18,835 nucleotides of DNA from a candidate division FCPU426 bacterium (GTDB lineage: Bacteria > Oederibacteriota > JAAXVQ01 > JAUVAV01): positions 1-18,835 of the forward strand of contig DAOWGI010000070.1 of the NCBI GenBank assembly GCA_030637655.1. The letters are read 5' to 3'. The first letter of the stretch is position 1; the number at the start of each line of letters is the position of its first letter. Position numbers and translations under genes: made by a program. The notes below the pieces were generated by a model that was not told the origin of the DNA, searched no databases, and saw nothing but the letters and a program-made list of their open reading frames with translations. This document shows positions 9,201 to 14,182 of this stretch, in pieces.

Positions 9201-11628
9201 GGCTGATATCTTTCCAAAAACCGGGTTGAATAATTACCCATTGATCTCTTTCATCCAAAGCTGTCTGCCATTCCGCAATATCCTGCTTCCCTTCAAGCGC
9301 TTTTGGGGGGAGTATTTCATCTGTTATTTTGGCAAATGATTCAGGCGCATTCAGCACAGCATGGAAAATTTTCATCATAGCCTGATGGCTGGATAACTTG
9401 GCTTCAGTGCCTGGCACCTTTTGTAGCATCGGCAGCACGCGGAAAAATGTTTCTTCCAGCAGGGGTCTCCAGCGTTTTGGAATTCTTGACAAGGTTTGTT
9501 TTAAATAGCCCTTTTTGAAAAAACCTCTCTCCCATTGCGGAAGTTCCAAGGCTGCGGGGGCCAGACCCGTTTGCTTAGCTGCTTCCTGCGCAATATTTTC
9601 ATTGAGAATCCGGGTCCATTTTTGCTTTATTTTACTTGCAAACATAAGCATAGCAGGCATTATTTTAAGCATCCTACCCTGCCACCCAAAAAAATCCGAC
9701 AACTTCGCCCCATCTGGTAATAAGACCAGGACCTGCCGCTGTTGAGATTTTTTAAGTAATATCTCCAAGGCTTGGGCACCCTGTTTCGGATCTCCATAAT
9801 AAAGATAATCAACCGGATTCTTGCTCCCTAGCCGAATGCGTTGCAATTCATGATTGCTTGGTCCGGGCGTTTGCTTGATATCCAAAAGGGCCAAAGTTGT
9901 TACCTTGGTTCCACTCTCGTCTCTTACCGGAATCATTAGCAAAGGTAGCTCTTTGCCCTTTAATTCCTGCACCATAGCCTGATTTTCTTTTATGAATATA
10001 TCCCAATCAACAGTAGTTTCTCCATTGGCCAAATATTTTTTCAGCAATGCTAAATAAGCGTCCGGTATCTCCGGCAAAGGCACTTTTTGTATGTTGGTCA
10101 AATTCACAACGGTTGCGTTTTTTAGTAATACATCCTTCATCCGCCGGGCAATCCGCTTTTTTCCTCTCAATTGAGCGGGATTTATAATATCCGTTGGTTT
10201 AATATTCGGCAGATCTGCGCATTCGGTCAGCACTGCCATAATATCCTGGTTCCTGGCCAGTAGCTTTTCTAACGGCAGCTTACGGTTTTGCAGCAGAGAA
10301 AAATAGGGATTCACAATATCCTGACGCGTCAACCGCGGTTTGATTGAGACATAACTGATATTCCGGGACTCAAGTTCGTGCAGCACTTTTTCCGTATGAA
10401 AACCTCCGCTAATCATAACAGCCAGATTTTCATCAAACCGCTCCATCTTAGCAGCCAAATTCTCGACAAAATGTTGGCTGCGCTCATCAGCCAGGCGGTA
10501 AAAGGTTTCGACCTGATCTAAATATTGATCCAAGCTTGCAAATTCCCAACTATCAAACTCAAATTTTGTTTCACCGGCCGGGCTATGCTGAGCTGCAAAC
10601 TCTAAAAATACCCGCGTTTGGTATTGCCCGCGATTTTCCCGGAAGTCCTGTAACTCCTCAGGCTTGACGGAAATGCTCAGCAGACGTTCAATCACATCCA
10701 CGCGATGTAAGAGAATATCCAATTCCTGTTGGCGCTCATCGGAATAAAGCCGGCTGCGAATCTCAATGTCCAGGCGCTCGAATTCAAAAAAAAGACTATC
10801 CGCATCAATTTTTTCGGAGAAGATATTTTGCTTGAAGGCAAGGAAGCGGGTTAACTGAATATAAGAGGTTAACGGAATATGCAACTTTTTAGCCATGGTG
10901 TAAAGATGCCTGGCATAAACCAGCAGTTCGCTGCGGCCCAACCGATAGTCGCTGCATTTATCATCGTACTTTAATAACCGCGGATTATAGATGGAAGGCT
11001 TTAATTCGTCCAGAAGTTCGCGCAGGTCGTAGCTCAAACCCTGTGATTCACTATTTAAAAAAGAACGTACCTGCCTGGCACTGGCGTGATACAGGTCCGG
11101 GGTCTCGATCCCTTCCAAACGGACCGGATGCTCACCGGTCGCTGAGTAATATTCCGCGCCGCTCAATTTACCCTGTTGGACCAGATAATCACCTACATCC
11201 TCGCGAATCTCCGGGATTGGAAATGTTCTAAGCTTGGAGGTATTTACCGTATAAAACGCGCCTTCTTCTCCTACCAAGCCCAACTCGTGTTCCTGGGCCA
11301 GATAGTGGATTATCCGGGCAATGTTCATCTGCACTTCATGGTTGCAGTGCAGATCCTGAACATGCACGATCATCCTGTTTTGGCCCTGAAAACCCTTTTG
11401 AATTTTTCCGAATTTTTCCGGCAGCTTTAGATTTTTTCCCAGGAGTTGTACTTGGATCATATAAGGATTAGAAGACAAGTAATTGGCGCTGTCAAAAGCC
11501 CAGGTTATAATTGGGAGCACAAAAGAGAATGCCGCGCCAAGCGCAATAATCCTGGTCCAAATGAATAATTTTGGATGTCTCCAGACAGACAAGACACAAA
11601 ATTTCTTGCTAGAGGTATGCTGTTCCAT
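232..11628 (-). CDS. Giant (~3,798 aa) multidomain membrane-associated protein
   Basis: Uninterrupted 11.4-kb ORF. ATG at 11628 preferred over TTG at 11664 (AAAGG/GGA upstream; followed by a basic/hydrophobic signal-like segment RIIALGAAFSFVLPIITWA). Several hydrophobic blocks and recognisable enzyme motifs; ends TPAQAA*. Confidence 0.95.
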   Translation of the reverse strand: MEQHTSSKKFCVLSVWRHPKLFIWTRIIALGAAFSFVLPIITWAFDSANYLSSNPYMIQVQLLGKNLKLPEKFGKIQKGFQGQNRMIVHVQDLHCNHEVQMNIARIIHYLAQEHELGLVGEEGAFYTVNTSKLRTFPIPEIREDVGDYLVQQGKLSGAEYYSATGEHPVRLEGIETPDLYHASARQVRSFLNSESQGLSYDLRELLDELKPSIYNPRLLKYDDKCSDYRLGRSELLVYARHLYTMAKKLHIPLTSYIQLTRFLAFKQNIFSEKIDADSLFFEFERLDIEIRSRLYSDERQQELDILLHRVDVIERLLSISVKPEELQDFRENRGQYQTRVFLEFAAQHSPAGETKFEFDSWEFASLDQYLDQVETFYRLADERSQHFVENLAAKMERFDENLAVMISGGFHTEKVLHELESRNISYVSIKPRLTRQDIVNPYFSLLQNRKLPLEKLLARNQDIMAVLTECADLPNIKPTDIINPAQLRGKKRIARRMKDVLLKNATVVNLTNIQKVPLPEIPDAYLALLKKYLANGETTVDWDIFIKENQAMVQELKGKELPLLMIPVRDESGTKVTTLALLDIKQTPGPSNHELQRIRLGSKNPVDYLYYGDPKQGAQALEILLKKSQQRQVLVLLPDGAKLSDFFGWQGRMLKIMPAMLMFASKIKQKWTRILNENIAQEAAKQTGLAPAALELPQWERGFFKKGYLKQTLSRIPKRWRPLLEETFFRVLPMLQKVPGTEAKLSSHQAMMKIFHAVLNAPESFAKITDEILPPKALEGKQDIAEWQTALDERDQWVIIQPGFWKDISRYYAIGPPMNNQVIASLNKWRIQYYIENKKSWSAREFDKSEDPREVVSPERGLYPFVPNATLLNLTPQELVEMLNEFFENMPKTSLGIIRAVPHFSILLGTNYQDFPIEDIPEIYQNIITECGADPDLKAMKLEVTGLGINPAGDLVCYLKYHVPVKGDKHALVKVADIAKKHGIKQQSGKNEQFFAMNLAWLGGTIPGDELKTVVDYINKFNSEHKQDYNKKIFNPITDGESFTVSARDPMHWTLEKGDILAGDVETFMQAQKVIQAFSEKDHVTGTKAPFNLLHNSFAILGAIGIAVYATLVDSSVWLSIFTWAMVGVYALHGLAGWVIQNVGAAPRGRPDDVTNPGVRPIDDAPKTKWQSRAEQYFRNAAKVVCLPTAEMEAMYWKITDKQNEAKSKKRTRWQKWWQKWLAPWNSALTYRDPKTGKFTVYLNHGWVADSQSRWFNLLRAIMLPVTLAHEGSAIVLERLARQSARHPILRSVIRFFATPLRYILRPLQVISLYPIWKLIRNKLTELSNAAETVPVIKVLKKPKNVSDKIQTYPDMQSLNLATDEQHKLTATDREILQTVFQNGAISSLALTGLLHRIRSPIIHIFIYAFIPGLILFYSLFASKFMGLPANELYLDPFQYKTALRYLRKGRLYVKSFHMDMSPRHTFLFYKTLNRYFEPADKIKLIVHIEDIDRILEDFAHRENLLFDSDNFEPIQMAMAERAFDNNIILLFEPLHLAKSCKGVAGLERYVARIRTWRESWSKFHPDRHIPIQIVFDPWHWISNGYPELYRQFHQTTLPGKTDAIRFEVLEILKQAFTSMQDMVGWIHFSNEKRYPYFSRLFNIIFYRSALFGNKTLIPNLMFLRFIHERKPELLTRITFELNPVYFIHALFGFEGFIRRTAKKKDDMKTRPGGTPTEEYRSRSKRGKSELGPHNWQQQLKPRALHRRLDALLNQKEAPFLPALAIHAPPSLRGYTNVLIHGIGEINKRWQGSSNRHDKPLITFTKIIGSKDGKVDKKSDQGVTIIQWQGSAEEEQWLAGQLPIIEKSKDSQPVILIIHRPEELYLRYGKEKVRQVLDQVNAVVMLINDQEWIKRYQEMMSGKPVVYIPHGFISKGDLIDEQRLRSEAVSVVGAITDWGSIRKFEDVKKLVNAVYVNNPGKNVIGFIAGGFDNFIDLKKYQQDTDNYLFLSKNEMRSAYSQKEFSDEASFRRWLLDKSNKDYAGNLDDKRRVIIWPELFGPEDMELSKWQENLIDFKTAGIHHEVLNEKRPAEDKNKTKMEPDGTCHRTAGPAIQIWRRGSSSRSIQQDEGLRIVEVPNTDIGEIDFKVGAQRIIELLNNPNKRRRIVEHNLRTGRALSMSEIAYAYVMLGKWLLESLEQDFRQEASTGGIMPDEFKHWAGKGKFWEKHYSTLVAWWWEFCVSLKQWYAWVPGLAFAGMALYMFGDIDLALKVFLGPVWVSFSHLHFKQKASRTNKIIAVIFSVVNIALIFMPFVSFPVMLAFGLLGHGLVNISALIIREVPKRYQALVDYTLWRLGEIFELNAVQNAWLVNKSKHVLWSVSIVGLFGVVAGMFSTLVLVWIIGSQIAKLLWLVIQSPRILFEMKPGDIKGAILALVLSWGLVFGTPILAEPPGMSGVAANTVQVEELLQQESAISIDLAANVTNNQGRQWLNENGILTAKQKQLLIAFIRKAAQFDIERLLDILEKTDPKVRLALGGSLSLSWWDTPEKDIYDEMVKILAQEKRWTILLRAEGHSPANRQARLLVRLAKSYSQYALQHLDFEFERRGESFLREVLREIMLLGPDLKPEIRQRAFEIVKQAVKDQSIGIELKKAYQQDSENWGTQWKKALKSWSELNPVYFQALERALQTPGQDKLELNVPESEIVHAETEVREALDAGVEVVGILNRHFRLWSPIVREEYGINEQGRKVMVRLIRQAGQADNNQAVRIVTQLDHRLVNFAGGTLRLCKAIGPHPQMIKAMAQNADAVAGRILSEYPYGVSPQNQFIDISESDPESGKIIKQSALEQMRRNVSRMPQAEKSSKNIAIWSSLVDSVPEVLEFYSYAQQIPNVLFEIDANPIMHLIRYDIQQKEIEQLPDIALYVLLARGQNQINSRTFNLLLPELRKRARVQGRVLLEYLGRLDFDYKLTIEFLRVLQAFDEVKHALAEYPVFFRNMASILFKRVDSIKDDKYVAAVRLLHEMLGEKSTSRQTGEQDVNYESPDTQFLRSLSADETMAIQLKENLADGMVRAHEVIKSEEIKTTLRLLLGVNLARGNIPESVHNRIMPLLEGVDISEIARKTKESGDLPEGLVQGPSLMIYSPDHRAFYKETIKRYTGNSYGIGGYIITKQEKNITLLTYRTKPEQQIVLVHLAPDMLDEMGRMKTPLPQLMKKYGARMVFYRGHGYESNLNQVFSGIVPEDWKDETVLIGMGSCRSDNAIGMPFFNQFAKVMFISQSDISEGTLNDIVYWNYIQQIHQGETDSDTISKIIRRKKPKATENVHFPGDQIYEVLRIRDQVQAMNPNSIAFFLHLIRHPGDITGAVAVGKRGLKWEIPVLLILGAVLGLMGLHVWFAVFLAAFALVHQYYKWRAGLARGAIPLLAGWSKQILAFAPYFAFSLFLALNGWFWGWVIVLGLLATGIHVSYDFWEFDRMARNLTGDHKKTISTAYSSLVDIDLSKIQKTPNEYVLAGRSWLLKRLPNLRLGLIFVLSVVQGLRQQLLPGPKNLDLEQHPEALGNKLGQRIISQLPPNRFALSDLLRANREGRCIEVRTLPENMNGLEYIVRLVRGECWQRVEKGEKADSPTDAFALYLPTGLSSSLAEKMSRGDSLGWSGLLFDHIAAFAGERYYQKLRGHFRLAEHLQQQVSADPRLGPLFVSNTPTGKRWQQALGHLAMGKSTLGVGGLSRLLLKALLESDDQQLDHSLLKLLGTVDSGHSVKVVITVEQKKISIVLPAVVIERQNLLWLLQQKYPQGIIRIDKQRIKLLPIILHKTPAQAA
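1280..1580 (-). other. Giant-protein domain: CPBP-like 4-TM module 2 (degenerate)
   Basis: KWE (~1570-1578), FALVH (1477-1491) and HVSYD (1291-1305) lie in hydrophobic helices, same layout as module 1. Confidence 0.5.
1700..2300 (-). other. Giant-protein domain: clan CD (caspase/gingipain/CHAT-like) cysteine peptidase-like
   Basis: Hydrophobic strand then RGHGY (2011-2025), and hydrophobic strand then MGSCRS (1921-1938): a His-Gly...Ser-Cys dyad arrangement. Confidence 0.55.
4680..4990 (-). other. Giant-protein domain: CPBP/CAAX-protease-like 4-TM module 1 (degenerate)
   Basis: AWWWE (~4972-4986), FSHLH (4831-4845, FxxxH) and HGLVN (4693-4707, HxxxN) lie in hydrophobic helices. Confidence 0.5.
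5110..6350 (-). other. Giant-protein domain: GT-B fold (GT4-like) glycosyltransferase-like
   Basis: ILIIH...VNAVVML...VVYIPHGF (5893-5916), then VVGAITDWGSIRKFEDVKKLVNAV and GFIAGG: the typical GT4 inter-lobe linker and start of the C-lobe. Confidence 0.55.
6560..7300 (-). other. Giant-protein domain: xylose-isomerase-like/AP endonuclease family 2 TIM barrel
   Basis: Putative metal-ligand strands in the expected order: KSFHMD, IVH, LLFEP (7028-7042), FDPWH (6889-6903), IHFSN (6736-6750), TFEL (6583-6594). Confidence 0.65.
8480..9050 (-). other. Giant-protein domain: degenerate 2H phosphoesterase (LigT-like) module
   Basis: PHFS (8914-8925) is a first HxS/T motif, followed by the strand MKLEVTGLGINP; at the second-motif position FFAMNLAW (8626-8649) lacks the His. 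Confidence 0.5.
10320..11400 (-). other. Giant-protein domain: Tiki/TraB/ChaN(EreA)-like metallohydrolase-type N-terminal domain with helical insert
   Basis: Ordered motifs HVQDLHCN (11341-11364), GEEGA (~11257-11271), ERS (~10477-10485), GGFH (10396-10407) fit the H...E...R...GxxH pattern of this fold. Confidence 0.6.
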
Positions 11629-11698
11629 TAAATCCAGCCTTTTTAGTGTTCCATAATTGTACAAGAATCATAAAACATATATAATTATCATATAAATA

Positions 11699-11726
11699 AC
11701 TATATCATATAGATTTCAAAAAGCAA
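11699..11726 (-). promoter_or_regulatory. Candidate sigma70 promoter of the giant gene
   Basis: Minus strand TTGCTT-16 nt-TATAGT with a TGn extension; overlaps one of two TATCATATA direct repeats (11686-11694, 11703-11711). Very AT-rich, so chance matches are possible. Confidence 0.35.
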
Positions 11727-11802
11727 ATTGGGACTGCTGAATAATGGGTATGGGGCGTCAAGTAGATTCAAAAGGATTTTTGTAACTACTCAGGTTTGCA
11801 AG

Positions 11803-11826
11803 GAGCAGAGCGCTTTGCTCTTTTTT
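11803..11826 (+). terminator. Intrinsic-terminator-like hairpin with T-tract on the + strand
   Basis: GAGCAGAG-CG-CTTTGCTC followed by TTTTTT; orientation is opposite to the flanking genes. Confidence 0.4.
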
Positions 11827-11839
11827 CAAGCGTGGCATA

Positions 11840-11907
11840 GGAATCCATTGATTTTATAAGCAAAATCAAAGGTACCTGGACCCCGTCTAAAGTCATGCCG
11901 GGGTGAC
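11840..11907. repeat. Degenerate REP-like palindromic element
   Basis: GGAATCCA, then hairpin TTGATTTT/AAAATCAA (11848-11869), then TGG-ACCCCG...CGGGGT-GAC (11877-11907), resembling ...GGAATCCA...TGGACCCCG...CGGGGTGAC intergenic repeats. Confidence 0.4.
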
Positions 11908-11948
11908 TACCAAAAAAGCTTTTTAAAAAAATTGTGGTTCAACTACTA

Positions 11949-12824
11949 TTAGTTTTCAGAAATGATTTCAATAGAATATTCAGTTGACGCGCCGGATGAA
12001 ACCATGACGATTTGTGCAAAATCACTTGATTTCAACATCTCAATTCCACCTACTGCATCCCCCCCCACATACTCAATCCCATCACACTTCCGTATGCCCT
12101 GCGCTTCCATTTGCCGCACCATGGCTTGTTCCCAGGGTTTTTCAGCCATGGTTTTATTAATCTTATCAAGGTATTCCCAGGAAGATTGAAAACCATTATA
12201 GGCTTTAAGCGTGATTTCAAGTTCACTACGGCCGCGCAAGCGATAGCGCCTCTCAATACGGCGCCAGTTCTTTTTTCTTTTCAGATAGCGAACGTACTCT
12301 TGTTTTTTTTCTAAAACCGCGATTCCGGCTTGGAGATTGTACTCCGGATCATATTGAATCCGGACATAATCCCATTGTTCGTAATTCAAACAATTCGACG
12401 CCTCATTAATTTGCATTAAACCAATATCATAGGTGGTCTGAACAATTTTTCGCTTTCTTTGGGAGCGTCCGCTTCTCTTCCAGAATATCTTCTTATTGAT
12501 CCCGATCTTGGTCCGGCCGTAATTATTAAAATGCTTCCAATCACTCTCGCACCAGGCTATAGCTTTTATCAATTCCGGAGAAAATTCGGTATCCAGGGTC
12601 TCAAAGTATCGATTCATGGCAATATAATCTTGCTCCATCCAGACTTTGGCGGCAATAGTTTCCTCAGGTTTGGAAATAGGTTTGATTTTACTAATTAAGG
12701 CAGCTGCGGATATCCTTACAGACAAAGCATCAAACAGGACAAACGCAGTAATTCCTAAAATAGCCAGGACTTTAATAAAAATAATTTTGACCCACCACGG
12801 TCGTTTTTTGACTGTGTAAAACAC
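11949..12824 (-). CDS. Lytic transglycosylase (SLT domain), N-terminally membrane anchored, 291 aa
   Basis: Motifs LIKAIAWCES (catalytic Glu), DIGLMQIN, YNLQAG, AYNG; N-terminal TM helix; GTG start with strong SD GAAGGGGAG. Confidence 0.9.
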   Translation of the reverse strand: MFYTVKKRPWWVKIIFIKVLAILGITAFVLFDALSVRISAAALISKIKPISKPEETIAAKVWMEQDYIAMNRYFETLDTEFSPELIKAIAWCESDWKHFNNYGRTKIGINKKIFWKRSGRSQRKRKIVQTTYDIGLMQINEASNCLNYEQWDYVRIQYDPEYNLQAGIAVLEKKQEYVRYLKRKKNWRRIERRYRLRGRSELEITLKAYNGFQSSWEYLDKINKTMAEKPWEQAMVRQMEAQGIRKCDGIEYVGGDAVGGIEMLKSSDFAQIVMVSSGASTEYSIEIISEN

Positions 12825-12922
12825 GTACTACTCCCCTTCAAATACATACTTTTTTAATCTACGAAAACCAGGAGAGGAAATACAAGGAGGTAACAGGCAG
12901 TGCGTAGAAAATAATTGTACTG

Positions 12923-12957
12923 CGCATAAAAGCGACCCAACAGGCCGTTTTTATGCG
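12923..12957. terminator. Stem-loop between the holin-family gene and the transglycosylase
   Basis: CGCATAAAAGCG (12923-12934) pairs with CGTTTTTATGCG (12946-12957), 11/12, ~55 nt after the stop at 13011. Confidence 0.4.
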
Positions 12958-13010
12958 GATACTTTACTATTTAACCATACCTGGTGTCAAGGTCCAAATA
13001 TTGTGCTGTT

Positions 13011-13352
13011 CTATATTCCAAGTGTCATTTGAACTAATATAAAATTAATCAGAGATAGAATAACGCCGAACAGCAAGGCCCACCAAAAGTTTCGGACCTC
13101 AAAACCGGGTACGATGGCACTAGTCAGTATAATCAATAAGGTGTTGATAACCAAAGTAAATAAACCTAAAGTCAAAATATTGAGCGGAAGAGTCAACAAC
13201 AGCAGAATCGGCCTGAGAATGGCATTGACGAGTCCTAATACCAGAGCCGTTACCAGTGCCGCGGCCAGGCCGGTTACCTTAACTCCTGGAAGCAAATAGG
13301 CAGAGAGCATAATAGCAATCGCATAAAGCAGCCAATGAAAGAGGATGTACAT
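13011..13352 (-). CDS. Phage holin family (4-TMS, YvlD/DUF360-like) membrane protein, 113 aa
   Basis: Signature LVLGLVNAILRPIL...LTLPLNILTLGLFTLVIN...VPGF..FWWALL; start moved to ATG 13352, which follows SD GGAGGTAAGG. Confidence 0.92.
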   Translation of the reverse strand: MYILFHWLLYAIAIMLSAYLLPGVKVTGLAAALVTALVLGLVNAILRPILLLLTLPLNILTLGLFTLVINTLLIILTSAIVPGFEVRNFWWALLFGVILSLINFILVQMTLGI

Positions 13353-13509
13353 TTTCCTTACCTCCGTAAATAGAGTCCTATGGGCAATCCCCTGCACAAA
13401 ACCATACAGGACAAGCCGGGGGCCCGTTGCCTCAATTAGTAATGTGGGATTTCTGAAAAAGTCTACCTGATTATCGCAAAAAACGAGAAAATGGGCCAAC
13501 TCAAAAAGA

Positions 13510-13686
13510 GTTATCTGAGACGCGATAAATCGCGTCTCTACGGCATATTTCTATGCTTCCATGAATATGGTTTGACACAATACAATATTCGTCCACGCGG
13601 ATATGTTTGTATTTCCAGGGAATCGATCGCCAAATGGTTTTGGCATATCGCCCGCATTCATTCAAAGCCACAATTCCATTGGTTAT
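13510..13686 (-). pseudogene. Internal fragment of a REP-associated tyrosine transposase (RAYT, Y1/HUH); direct repeat of 16616-16792
   Basis: 177 bp with 9 mismatches to 16616-16792; translates NECGRYAKTIWRSIPWKYKHIRVDEYCIVSNHIHGSIEI with an intact HUH (HIH). Confidence 0.9.
13517..13541. repeat. GTAG-type REP palindrome
   Basis: GAGACGCGATAAATCGCGTCTCTAC (GTAGAGACGCGAT...ATCGCGTCTC on the minus strand); identical to 16623-16647. Confidence 0.9.
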
Positions 13687-13798
13687 GTTATCTATTTTCC
13701 TCTTTTGGGATGTGGAATTTTTGCAAGCTTTTCCTATAATTTACAGGATTTCTTGCAGTTTGGCATCTTCTTTTTTCTCATGAAATGCTTATTCTTAC

Positions 13799-14130
13799 AG
13801 CATTTTATGCTTTTTTAAGGATCGACTACATACAGAACGTAGATTGCGCAATGACAATACACTTGTGCCTGAAGGACGATGGTATCAAATATGCACTCGG
13901 GTTAGTGATAAAATGGCAACTGTCCGCGAAGGGCTCAATGGTAGAATAACGATTATAACAAACGAAAGGACGCTTCGCTGCCAAGCAATTCCAGGTCCAA
14001 TTCCAAGACTGAAAAAAGCACTAAAGCAGCGAGGAACCAGAAAACCTAGTATTCCTAGAGCTAATCATCCTTGGAGGCGGGAATTTACTTTACAGTCTTA
14101 AAAACAGGACATTTCTATTTTGCCTTGACA
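13799..14130 (+). mobile_element. ISNCY/IS1202-group-like remnant: transposase C-terminus plus right terminal inverted repeat
   Basis: Frame reads SILC...TERRLRNDNTLVPEGRWYQI...VREGLNGRITI...KPSIPRANHPWRR, stop at 14101, immediately followed by GGACATTTCTATTTTGCCTTGACA (14107-14130, TGT...ACA-type end). DDE core and left end are absent. Confidence 0.75.
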
Positions 14131-14182
14131 GTGTTAAAAATAATTTTTGAAATTCAACATTTCGTGCTGTGAACTAAAAAAC

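Noticed and set aside
194-11430. Numerous short ORFs overlapping the giant gene on either strand
   Set aside because: Shadow ORFs of a long coding frame; no recognisable motifs.
11949-13352. Prophage lysis cassette
   Set aside because: No structural, packaging, integrase or spanin genes; both families are common in bacterial chromosomes.
13353-13499. 49-aa N-terminal extension of the holin-family ORF
   Set aside because: A strong SD precedes ATG 13352 and family similarity starts there.
13690-13800. Possible RelE-like toxin remnant on the minus strand (EKLAKIPHPKRGK)
   Set aside because: Too short and interrupted by stops to support.
13491-13818. + strand ORFs 13491-13739 and 13603-13818 (and the similar 16673-16855)
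   Set aside because: Antisense readings of the RAYT fragments; their mutual similarity reflects the DNA duplication.
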